Shown here piece by piece: positions 37,586 through 45,645 of a DNA stretch of 64,000 bases. The notes under the pieces are model-generated. The model ran no database searches, was not told the origin of the DNA, and saw only the letters and a program-made list of their open reading frames with translations. How positions within the stretch are numbered: the stretch's first letter is position 1; every line of letters starts with the position of its first letter. The stretch covers positions 11,733-75,732 of the forward strand of contig RECU01000042.1 in NCBI GenBank assembly GCA_007693855.1. Reading direction: 5' to 3'. A program made the position numbers and the translations under genes. This DNA is from Gammaproteobacteria bacterium. GTDB taxonomy: Bacteria; Pseudomonadota; Gammaproteobacteria; Steroidobacterales; PWYM01.

Positions 37586-39100
37586 TTACTGGCTGTATAC
37601 CCAGTTCAGCAGGGCATCCTGCAGTTCCTCGCCGGGGCCACGGTGAGCATCGGGGCTATTGACCAGCAGCACCACCGACAGCCGGCGCCCATCCGGCACC
37701 TGCACATAGCCCGCAACCGCCGAGACATCGTTCAGGGTGCCGGTTTTGAGGTGCATCCGGCCGCGTGAGGGCGCATCGTCCAGGCGACGGCGCAACGTCC
37801 CGTCGAGGCCGGACAGCGCCAGCGACGACACGAACTCCGGCATGTAGGGCGCCTCCCAGGCGACCTGCAGAAGTTCGGTCACCTGACGCGCCGTCAGCCG
37901 CACATTCCGCGACAGGCCGGCAGCGTTGTCGAGCACCATGCCTTCGGTCCCGATGCCGTGGATTGCCAGGAGCTCGAGAATCGCCGTGCGGCCTTTCTCC
38001 GGCGTGGCCGGGGCGCCGAAACGCTCGGCACCCAGCGTCAGTTCCAGATGCCGGGTCATGACATTGTTGCTGTACTTGTTGACCAGTCGTACCAGCTCGC
38101 CGAGCGGCCGGGAACGATGCACATGGAATGCGTCGCGGCTGTCCCCGAGGCCATTGGCGGGGCTGCCGTTACCGCCGTGGGTGCGCGCCAGGCTGGCTTC
38201 CGGTGCCGCCAGCGCGGGGCGTTCCGACACTTCGCCCCAGCGCCAGCCGCCCTCGAGCTCGCCGCCGAGCTGGCGCCAGTACACCTTGAACAGTTCCCAG
38301 GCATAGCTCTCCGGCAACAGCACGCTACGCGTGAGACCGTAGACATTGCAGGCGCTCGGGAAACGACCCTCGAGCAGCACCTGGTCACGCGGATCAGCCA
38401 GCACGGTCAGCGACACGCCGCGCTGGTAGCCGGCGCAGCGGCCCTCGCCCAGGCGCAGGCGGTTGCGCACCTGAAGGGTGTCGAGCTGGGGGTCGGTGCG
38501 GACCTTGACGCTGCGGCCGTCGCCCCCCGGCTGGAACTCGAAGCGCACGGCGTTGAAGTTCACCAGCAAGGGGTGGGGCACCAGGTTGTAGATGCGGTCC
38601 GGCCGGCCATCGAAGCTGCCCGGATCTTCCGGCGGAAGATCGAAGTAGGACACGTCGAACACCAGGTCACCGGTAATGCGCTGCAGGCCGCGACCGCGCA
38701 GGCCGTTGACCAGCTTCCAGTATTCCTCGGCAACCAGAAAGGGGTCGCCGCCACCGCGGATCAGCAGGTCGCCGTCAAGAACCCCGTCCTCGAGCGCGCC
38801 GAGGAGGTGGACTTCGGTGTGCCAGCGGTAGGCCGGATTGAGACCCTGCAGCGCGGCGAAGCTGGTCACCAGCTTCATCACTGACGCAGGATTGCGCGAC
38901 ACCTCGGGCAGATGCATGGCAAGCGGTTCCGGGGCACCGAGTTCCTGCACCCACAGGCTGATGTCCCCGGCCGGCACGCCGAGCGCCGCGGCCACGCGCG
39001 CCACGGGCTCGGGCAGCCCGGTCTCAGCCAGCACACCGGTGGGCGCCAGACACAGCGCCCCTAGCAGCAGACTGCCGATCAGCGTTGGCGCGGCACGCAC
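37586..39100 (-). CDS. dacB: D-alanyl-D-alanine carboxypeptidase/endopeptidase (PBP4)
   Basis: Signal peptide. SVMKLVTS (SxxK), YSNNVM (SxN), LKTGTL (KTG). Confidence 0.92.
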   Translation of the reverse strand: MRAAPTLIGSLLLGALCLAPTGVLAETGLPEPVARVAAALGVPAGDISLWVQELGAPEPLAMHLPEVSRNPASVMKLVTSFAALQGLNPAYRWHTEVHLLGALEDGVLDGDLLIRGGGDPFLVAEEYWKLVNGLRGRGLQRITGDLVFDVSYFDLPPEDPGSFDGRPDRIYNLVPHPLLVNFNAVRFEFQPGGDGRSVKVRTDPQLDTLQVRNRLRLGEGRCAGYQRGVSLTVLADPRDQVLLEGRFPSACNVYGLTRSVLLPESYAWELFKVYWRQLGGELEGGWRWGEVSERPALAAPEASLARTHGGNGSPANGLGDSRDAFHVHRSRPLGELVRLVNKYSNNVMTRHLELTLGAERFGAPATPEKGRTAILELLAIHGIGTEGMVLDNAAGLSRNVRLTARQVTELLQVAWEAPYMPEFVSSLALSGLDGTLRRRLDDAPSRGRMHLKTGTLNDVSAVAGYVQVPDGRRLSVVLLVNSPDAHRGPGEELQDALLNWVYSQ

Positions 39101-39110
39101 GGTCGCAGGC

Positions 39111-39767
39111 CTACTGCTGTGCGCGGGCAGCGGCCATCCGCTGCATGCCTTCGCGGATCTCGCTGATCACCCGGGCCGCATGCGGATCGTTCTGGATGCC
39201 GTCCCAGTACGCGGCGAGCTTGTCGCGAAAAGCCAGCGGCTTGTCCTTGCCAAACTTTGGCAGCATCTCGGTGACATAGACCAGGGTCGGCACCAGCGCG
39301 CAGTCGGCCTTGCTGAGATGGGTACCCACGGCGAAGCCATGCTTGTTGTCGAGGTACCAGTCGAGCGTCCTGAGCCCCCAGTCGATCTTGTCGAGCTGCT
39401 TGGCCACCGCGTCCTTGTCCGGGCGTTCGCTGCGCATCAGCATGAACAGCGGGAACATCGGCTCCATGACGTACAGGTCGGCAATGCGCGCCAGCAGTCG
39501 CGCCTTGGAGCGGTGCAAGGCCTTTTCCGGGCGCAACGAGGGCTCCGGGTAGTGATCCTCGAGATACTCCAGGATGGTGTCGGACTCGGGAATCACGCCC
39601 TCGCCGGTGTCCAGCGCCGGGACTTTGCGCAGCGGATTGATCGCCTCGTAAGTCTCCGAGCCAAGCCCGCCCGGGGGCTCGACGATGTCGACCGGCAGGT
39701 TCTTGGCGTAAATCATCATGCGACAGCGCGCCGCGAACGGCGAGGCCGGTAAGCTAAAGAGTTTCAT
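39111..39767 (-). CDS. Glutathione S-transferase family protein
   Basis: N-terminal thioredoxin-like region (KVPALDTGEGVIPESDTILEYL) and an alpha-helical C-terminal domain. Confidence 0.85.
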   Translation of the reverse strand: MKLFSLPASPFAARCRMMIYAKNLPVDIVEPPGGLGSETYEAINPLRKVPALDTGEGVIPESDTILEYLEDHYPEPSLRPEKALHRSKARLLARIADLYVMEPMFPLFMLMRSERPDKDAVAKQLDKIDWGLRTLDWYLDNKHGFAVGTHLSKADCALVPTLVYVTEMLPKFGKDKPLAFRDKLAAYWDGIQNDPHAARVISEIREGMQRMAAARAQQ

Positions 39768-39779
39768 GGATATCCCCTG

Positions 39780-40511
39780 GTGAGCGAAACTGGACGCCGG
39801 ACCGGAATCTTATCAAGCTCCCAGGCAGATCCGCAGGAGGAAGCCTTGAGAATCGACCTCGTCTCCGATTTCGCCTGCCCGTGGTGCTACGTCGGGCGCC
39901 GACGTCTGGCAGCCGCGCTGGCCGAGCGCCCGGCGCTGCCGGCCGAGATCCACTGGCATCCGTTCGAACTGAACCCCGACATCCCGGCAGGCGGTGTGGC
40001 GCGCGAGCGCTGGTGGCGGGAGCGTTTCGGCTCGCCGGAACGTCTGGCGGGCATGCTCGGGCAGTTGGTGGCGGTCGGCCTGGACCTCGATATCGACTTC
40101 GACTTCACCGCCATCGAGGTTCAGCCCAACACGCGTCTGGCCCACGAACTGATGCACCTGGCGGCGCGCCACGCGCGCGCCGACGAACTCGCGGAGACGT
40201 TGTTCGCGGCCCATTTCGCCCGCGGCAAGCCCATCGGTGACCCCGAGACGCTGGCAGCACTGGCGCGGGGCTGCGGGCTGCCGCAAGACGAGATCGAGGC
40301 CACGCTCGCCAGGCGCGATGACGCCGCAACCGTGGCGGACCACCTGCAACAGGTTCGCGAGGCCGGCGTCACCAGCGTACCCACCTTCATCCTTGACGGA
40401 CGCCACGCCTTTTCGGGGGCGCAGGAGCCGGAATTCCTGCTGCAGGTGCTGGATCGGTTGGCGGCGGCGCCTGGCGAGGCTGCAGTCCCGAGCGTCTCCC
40501 AGGACCGCTAG
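39780..40511 (+). CDS. DsbA-family oxidoreductase (FrnE / HCCA-isomerase-like)
   Basis: RIDLVSDFACPWCYVG active-site context...VTSVPTFILDG. The start is uncertain (GTG 39780 or downstream). Confidence 0.85.
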   Translation: MSETGRRTGILSSSQADPQEEALRIDLVSDFACPWCYVGRRRLAAALAERPALPAEIHWHPFELNPDIPAGGVARERWWRERFGSPERLAGMLGQLVAVGLDLDIDFDFTAIEVQPNTRLAHELMHLAARHARADELAETLFAAHFARGKPIGDPETLAALARGCGLPQDEIEATLARRDDAATVADHLQQVREAGVTSVPTFILDGRHAFSGAQEPEFLLQVLDRLAAAPGEAAVPSVSQDR

Positions 40512-40527
40512 CGCGCCGCGGGCAGAC

Positions 40528-40929
40528 TCAGCGCGTCTCCGCGGCGAGGAACGCCGGCGGTTCCAGCGCAGCCGAAGTCTCCTGATGGCCGGTCGTGCGG
40601 GCGCCACCGACCACGCGGAGTCTGTCCACAGCCGCCGGATCCCGCAGCAGGCGCAGCAGCAGCGTCACGATTTCACCGGCGCAGGCGCCGGCTTCGAAAA
40701 CCGACATCTTGCGTACGGTGGCCTCTACCGCCGTCTCGCTGCCGATCGGCCGGTGCTGCTGCAGGTGCTCCCGCAGATTGACGAAACTGCCCCGCAGCTC
40801 TTCAGGAACATGTTCCTCGTCGATATCTTCGAGATGACGGGAATACGCCTCGACCAGCCTCACCTTGATCGGCCGCTCGCTTGCCAGCGTAAACACCGCC
40901 GACTGAAACCGGTCTGCAATCTGCGTCAT
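40528..40929 (-). CDS. Hypothetical protein (133 aa)
   Basis: Clean ORF with genome-typical codon bias and a predicted helical character. No motif recognised. Confidence 0.5.
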   Translation of the reverse strand: MTQIADRFQSAVFTLASERPIKVRLVEAYSRHLEDIDEEHVPEELRGSFVNLREHLQQHRPIGSETAVEATVRKMSVFEAGACAGEIVTLLLRLLRDPAAVDRLRVVGGARTTGHQETSAALEPPAFLAAETR

Positions 40930-41148
40930 CCCTACCCCTCACCGTGACGTATCTGCATGCCCAGGCTGGTAGCCCAGAGATGACCTGGCCTGATCACTCC
41001 GGCTGGGGAAGCTCTCCCTGAGGTGAACTGTCCGGGCCTATGCCCCCATACGTCCGGACTTATCACACCAATCGCCGAGGTTTCAATGCTCTAGTTCAGG
41101 GTACGTATAACAGCTGGCAGCAAGAGTCCGCAAGTCCCCGTTGCGACG

Positions 41149-41493
41149 TCAGCGGCCCGGCCCACGCGGCCGCTCGCCCCGGCGCTCGCGCAGCCGCTCT
41201 CGAAGCGCCTCACGCTCTTCGGGTTCAAGGGCTTCCCAACGCTCACGGCGCTCCGCGCGCCGGGCCTGCATGGCCTGACGGATGGCCTCGCGCTCTTCAG
41301 GCTCCAGGGCCTCCCAGCGCTCACGACGCTCCTCGCGCCGGGCCTGCATGGCCTCGCGCCGCTCGGCGCGCTCTTCAGCAGACATGGGGGCTCTTTGCTC
41401 ACTCGATATTTCCCGGTCTGCGGGCTCTGCGAACGTAGGTAACGCCAGCAGGGCCAGGCTGCCCGCCAACAGGCTGAGGGTGATCTTGCGCAT
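41149..41493 (-). CDS. Periplasmic Arg/Glu-rich repeat protein (DUF3106-like)
   Basis: Signal peptide MRKITLSLLAGSLALLALPTFA, then repeated RRERWEALEPEEREA(I/L)R units. Confidence 0.7.
   Translation of the reverse strand: MRKITLSLLAGSLALLALPTFAEPADREISSEQRAPMSAEERAERREAMQARREERRERWEALEPEEREAIRQAMQARRAERRERWEALEPEEREALRERLRERRGERPRGPGR
41209..41364. repeat. Two tandem 78-bp (26-codon) repeats inside the DUF3106-like gene, plus a partial third copy
   Basis: 41209-41286 and 41287-41364 align with only scattered substitutions (ctc[a/g]cgctcttc[g/a]gg[t/c]tc[a/c]aggg...gccgggcctgcatggcc). Confidence 0.85.
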
Positions 41494-41534
41494 GAAAGTT
41501 CTCCTGCAGAGGGATACCACTGACCATAACGCAG

Positions 41535-41568
41535 GCGGGGCCCGCAGGTTGACACCTGCGGGCCCCGC
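41535..41568 (-). terminator. Strong hairpin (15-bp perfect stem, 4-nt loop) downstream of the oxidoreductase gene
   Basis: GCGGGGCCCGCAGGT-TGAC-ACCTGCGGGCCCCGC read directly. There is no clear U-tract on either strand. Confidence 0.5.
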
Positions 41569-41596
41569 CGCGCGCGGTCGCGCGCCTGCCAGCCGC

Positions 41597-42628
41597 TCAG
41601 GACAGCGGGATCGGCGGCTCGGCGACCTTCAGCAGCTGTTTGCCAAAGTTGCGGCCCTCGAACAGCCTGCGCAGCGTCGCCGGGCAGTTCTCCAGCCCTT
41701 CCTGGACGTCTTCCTCAAAATGGATCTGGCCCGCCTTGACCCAGCCGGCGAGGGCCTCGATAGCCTCCGGGAAACGATCCAGGTAGTTCAGCACGATGAA
41801 CCCTTCCATCCGGCAGGAGCGGATCACCAGCTGCATGTAGTGCTTGGGCCCGGGCGGCAGATCGAGCCCGTAGCCCGAGGAAATGCCGCCGCAGAGCACG
41901 ATCCGGCCATGCTGCGCCATGTTCAGCAGGCAATCGTCGAGGATCTGGCCGCCGACATTGTCGTAGAACACGTTGATGCTGTTCTTGCACAGCGCCTGCA
42001 GGCGTTCGAAGGTGTTCTCGTTGCGATAGTCGATCGCGGCGTCGAAGCCGGCGACCTCGGTCAGCCAGCGACATTTTTCGGGGCCGCCGGCCGAACCGAT
42101 CACCCGTGCCCCCTTGAGCCGGGCGATCTGGCCGGCCACCGAACCGGTCGCCCCCGCCGCACCGGAGACCACGACGGTCTCACCCTCAACCGGCCGGCCA
42201 AGCTCGAGCATGCCGAAGTAGGCCGTCAGGCCGGTAATCCCGAGCACGCCGAGCGGCCAGGTCAGCGGCACGCCGCGCGGCACTTTCGAAAGGCCCGAGA
42301 TCCCCTGCTCACCAACCAGGACAAAATCCTGCCAACTGAACGTTCCCGAGACCACGTCGCCGGCGCGAAAGCGGGGATGGCGCGACTCGACCACCTGCGC
42401 GACACCACCGGCACGCATCGGCTCGCCGATCTGCACGGGCGGCATGTAACTCGGCACGTCATTGAGCCAGCCGCGCTGGGTCGGATCGAAGGAGAAATAC
42501 AGCGTACGCAGCAGCACCTGGCCGTCGTCGACCACGGGTACATCGCCTTCGCGCATCTCGAAATGAGTATCCCGAACCTCTGCGCGAGGCCGCTCTTTCA
42601 GCACCAGTTGCCGGTTGATTTCACCCAT
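41597..42628 (-). CDS. NADP-dependent oxidoreductase, medium-chain (YncB/CurA / alkenal reductase-like)
   Basis: LLRTLYFSFDPTQRGW..., VVSGAAGATGSVAGQIARLKGARVIG. Confidence 0.88.
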   Translation of the reverse strand: MGEINRQLVLKERPRAEVRDTHFEMREGDVPVVDDGQVLLRTLYFSFDPTQRGWLNDVPSYMPPVQIGEPMRAGGVAQVVESRHPRFRAGDVVSGTFSWQDFVLVGEQGISGLSKVPRGVPLTWPLGVLGITGLTAYFGMLELGRPVEGETVVVSGAAGATGSVAGQIARLKGARVIGSAGGPEKCRWLTEVAGFDAAIDYRNENTFERLQALCKNSINVFYDNVGGQILDDCLLNMAQHGRIVLCGGISSGYGLDLPPGPKHYMQLVIRSCRMEGFIVLNYLDRFPEAIEALAGWVKAGQIHFEEDVQEGLENCPATLRRLFEGRNFGKQLLKVAEPPIPLS

Positions 42629-42702
42629 CTCAGTCCCCCGTCCGTGTGTCGTACCGGCGCACGAAGCGTCGATCCCGCGGCAAGAGTAGCCGATCGAGGG
42701 GA

Positions 42703-44604
42703 TCAGCGCATCGCGCCGGGAGCCGCATCACGCGGGGGGCGGCGCAGGCCCATCCGCCGGATCCGGTCGGCCAGGGTGGTCGATGGCACGCCAAGCAGTT
42801 CCGCCGCACCACCAGCGCCGGAAACCCGCCAGTCGGCCGCCTCGAGGACGGCAAGCAGGTTTTCCCGCTCGCGCACCCGGAACTCCTCCTCGGTGAGGAA
42901 TCCCGACTCGGGGACTACGGAGGTGGCGGCCTTGCCCGATTCGCCGGCAGATCGACGGCCAGCCTCCAGGGCACCCTGCTGCGCCCGGAGGACAGACACC
43001 CCCGGCAGCGCGAGATCCAGGCGCGTGACCTCGCCCTTGCCGAGGATGACGGCCCGCTCGATCACACTCTGGAGTTCGCGGACGTTGCCAGGCCAGTCGT
43101 AGGCGCGCAGCGCATCCGCCTGCCCCTTGGCCAGCGCGATCGGCGGATAGCCGAAGTCCTTGCAGGCGCGTTCCAGGAAGTGCGCGGCCAGCTGCACCAC
43201 ATCATCGCCCCGCTCGCGTAGCGGCGGCACCTCGATGGGGAAGACCGTGAGCCGGTAGTACAGATCATCGCGGAAGGTTCCCGCCTCGACCATCTCCTCG
43301 AGATCGCGATTGGTCGCGGCGACGACCCGGACATCGACCGTGCGCGTGCGGTCACTGCCCACAGGCTCGAACTCCTTTTCCTGCAACACCCGCAGGAGCT
43401 TGCTCTGGAGCTCTGGTGGGATTTCGCCCACCTCATCAAGGAAGAGTGTGCCACCATCGGCCAGCTGGAAGCGGCCGATCCGATCCTTGGTCGCGCCCGT
43501 GAAGGCACCCTTCACGTGGCCGAAAAACTCGCTTTCGAACAGTTCCCTCGGCACGGCTGCACAGTTGACCTTGACGAGTGGCTGTGCGGCACGCGGGCTC
43601 TGCGCATGAATCGCGCGGGCGACGAGCTCCTTGCCCACACCCGACTCGCCGAGCAGCAGGACATTCGCAGACGTCTCGGCCACCGCCTCGATCCGGGCGA
43701 GCATCTTGCGCAACGCCGGCGACTCGCCGACGATCTGACTGAAGTTCATGGATACATTGACTTCCTCGCGGAGGTAGTCGCGCTCGCGTTCCAGCTGCTC
43801 ACGCAGCCGGGCGTTCTCCTCGAAGGCTTCGCGCAGGGCGCGCTCGGCGCGGTTGCGCTCGGTCACGTCTTTCATCGCCACCAGCATCCGTGTCACTCTG
43901 CCCTGGGCGTCGCGCTCGGCGTGCGCCGAAATGAGCACCTCCATGCTCTGGCCATCACGACTGATCATCTCGCGGGGCTCGTTGTCGAGTTCACCGGTGC
44001 TGATGATCCGCTGCAGCCGTCCGCCGGACAGGGCCTCCTGGCTGCTGGAACTCATGAACTCCGAGATGTAGCGACCCAGCACCTCCTCGCGCCGATAGCC
44101 CATCTTGCTGAGCCAGCGATCGCTGCAGAGGACGATCCGTCCCTCCGCATCGACCGTGTACAGCATCGCGGGTGTCGCCCGGTAGAGATCGCGATAGTGG
44201 CGTTCGATGTGCGCCTGCACGGACGACTCGGTGTACACGGCCACGGTCCTGAGGTACCCGCCGCCCTCGACCACGGTATGCTCGACGACGGCACTGGTCA
44301 CACAGTCGACCACCTCGCCCTGGCGGGTCTGCAACTCGATGGGTACGGCCTCCAGCCGGCCGGTGCGGCGCAGCAGCGGCGCGTATTCCTCCTGCACACG
44401 CCGGGCACTCTCGGCAGTGGCGAAATCCTCCGGCCTGCGACCGACGACTTCATCGCGCGCATAGATCATCCGTGCGAGCCAGCTGTCGCTGGCATCCTGC
44501 ACCCGACCCTCCGCATCGAACACCAGCACCATCGCCGGAATCCTGCGGAAAACCCAGAGATAAGGGTCCGCTTCAGGACACGGCTTGTCACTGTCAGTCA
44601 TCAT
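42703..44604 (-). CDS. Sigma-54-dependent transcriptional activator with two N-terminal PAS domains
   Basis: AAA+ core [24 protein letters not shown] ([15 protein letters not shown]), [18 protein letters not shown]-terminal Fis-type HTH ([21 protein letters not shown]). Confidence 0.93.
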   Translation of the reverse strand: MMTDSDKPCPEADPYLWVFRRIPAMVLVFDAEGRVQDASDSWLARMIYARDEVVGRRPEDFATAESARRVQEEYAPLLRRTGRLEAVPIELQTRQGEVVDCVTSAVVEHTVVEGGGYLRTVAVYTESSVQAHIERHYRDLYRATPAMLYTVDAEGRIVLCSDRWLSKMGYRREEVLGRYISEFMSSSSQEALSGGRLQRIISTGELDNEPREMISRDGQSMEVLISAHAERDAQGRVTRMLVAMKDVTERNRAERALREAFEENARLREQLERERDYLREEVNVSMNFSQIVGESPALRKMLARIEAVAETSANVLLLGESGVGKELVARAIHAQSPRAAQPLVKVNCAAVPRELFESEFFGHVKGAFTGATKDRIGRFQLADGGTLFLDEVGEIPPELQSKLLRVLQEKEFEPVGSDRTRTVDVRVVAATNRDLEEMVEAGTFRDDLYYRLTVFPIEVPPLRERGDDVVQLAAHFLERACKDFGYPPIALAKGQADALRAYDWPGNVRELQSVIERAVILGKGEVTRLDLALPGVSVLRAQQGALEAGRRSAGESGKAATSVVPESGFLTEEEFRVRERENLLAVLEAADWRVSGAGGAAELLGVPSTTLADRIRRMGLRRPPRDAAPGAMR

Positions 44605-44609
44605 AATTT

Positions 44610-44662
44610 TACGACTTTCCGTTAAACTTTTTACGGTTTTCCGTATTTTACGGTTTTCCGTA
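44610..44662. promoter_or_regulatory. Three dyad sites TACGG-N4-CCGTA (putative activator UAS)
   Basis: 44610-44623 TACGACTTTCCGTT (imperfect). 44632-44645 and 44649-44662 are both the perfect TACGGTTTTCCGTA. They lie between the activator start (44604) and the sigma-54 promoter. Confidence 0.6.
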
Positions 44663-44705
44663 ATTATTTAAAGCCCTAAGTCCATGATTTATATGCGCAC
44701 CAAGT

Positions 44706-44721
44706 TGGCACAGCTTGTGCA
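44706..44721 (+). promoter_or_regulatory. Sigma-54 (-24/-12) promoter
   Basis: TGGCACAGCTTGTGCA has the GG and GC elements at canonical spacing, matching TGGCAC-N5-TTGCW except for one base. About 75 nt upstream of the ATG at 44797. Confidence 0.7.
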
Positions 44722-44796
44722 TTATCTTAGGGCACACTGGCGGGTGTTTTGAAAGACGACATCCCGGAAACACGGATTATCGGAAAGGTGAGCGAC

Positions 44797-45138
44797 ATGA
44801 ACAAGCTGTTGAACAAGGTAACCCCCGGTCGCGCGCTGATCATGGCGACAGCGATCACGATGGCGGCGACGCTGGCCGGCGCCCCGGCGGCTCAGGCAAC
44901 GGCCGCTGCGTCCAGGGTGATCCACGAGATCGTCGTCACGGCCCCACGCCCGGTCATGCCCATCGAGGAGATGACCGTCACGGCGCCGCGCCTGTCGCGT
45001 GACGAAGTGGCCTACAGCTTCGGTATCAAGACGGCCATCTCGCGGGCGACCGCCCTGGCGGCCGGTGTCGAGACCCAGCGGGCGGCCCCCCGCGACGTCC
45101 GCCTGGCGGCTGCCACCACTCCGATGGAGCGTGGCTGA
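44797..45138 (+). CDS. Small secreted protein of unknown function (113 aa) with duplicated E-(I/M)-x-VTAPR motif
   Basis: GGAAAGG at 44782-44788, then ATG at 44797. Signal peptide MNKLLNKVTPGRALIMATAITMAATLAGAPAAQA. The mature part contains IHEIVVTAPRP and IEEMTVTAPRL. Confidence 0.6.
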   Translation: MNKLLNKVTPGRALIMATAITMAATLAGAPAAQATAAASRVIHEIVVTAPRPVMPIEEMTVTAPRLSRDEVAYSFGIKTAISRATALAAGVETQRAAPRDVRLAAATTPMERG

Positions 45139-45169
45139 ACGATAGCGGCGACAGACAACCGTTTTGCGC

Positions 45170-45213
45170 GGGGCGACACGCCACTCCCCCCCTCCCCCCA
45201 GGCGTGTCGCCCC
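45170..45213 (+). terminator. 13-bp perfect stem with an 18-nt C-rich loop, 3' of the small secreted-protein gene
   Basis: GGGGCGACACGCC-[ACTCCCCCCCTCCCCCCA]-GGCGTGTCGCCCC read directly. No T-tract follows. Confidence 0.45.
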
Positions 45214-45348
45214 CAACAGACCGGACGGCCTTAGGGACCAGAGTTTGCCGTTCGGTCAGGGTATGAAACCCGAAACTGGAATGCGGATAGGACATCCGGC
45301 TCTGGTCCCACTTCCTTGCACCTCCCCGTGAACAGGAGCGGGCTCACC

Positions 45349-45552
45349 ATGGCATCTGACCTCGACATCGACAGCCTGACCTACAGCGGCGACGACGCGC
45401 CGGTGCGCGATCTGCGGGACATCGGCCCGCGCGACGACGGTGGCGCACGCCGGCGTCTGGAAGCCGTGCTGGAGGAACGCCGGGTACGACGGGAACTTGC
45501 CGCGCTGGACATGGACAGTTTCGACTTCGAAGACCTTCCTCTGTACGAGTAG
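45349..45552 (+). CDS. Small acidic protein (67 aa), resembling the PA3496-type putative envelope-integrity family
   Basis: CAGGAG upstream of the ATG at 45349. MASDLDIDSLTYSGDD...RRRLEAVLEERRVRRELAALDMDSFDFEDL. The family assignment is from memory of the motif pattern. Confidence 0.5.
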   Translation: MASDLDIDSLTYSGDDAPVRDLRDIGPRDDGGARRRLEAVLEERRVRRELAALDMDSFDFEDLPLYE

Positions 45553-45645
45553 GGCCCTCGGACCGACAATGCGGCACGGCTTGAAATCCGCGGCCGTCAA
45601 CGCCACTCTGTGCCCCGGTTCAGCGTCACCCTGCCGGAGTTACCG

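Noticed and set aside
41110-41135. Sigma-54-like TGGCAG motif in the 220-bp gap
   Set aside because: The -12 GC dinucleotide is not at the required spacing (CC instead of GC), so it is not a credible -24/-12 promoter.
45256-45606. 116-aa minus-strand ORF between the small secreted-protein gene and ybbN
   Set aside because: It overlaps the + strand acidic 67-aa ORF, which has an RBS and a family-like motif. The minus frame has no start context and atypical composition.
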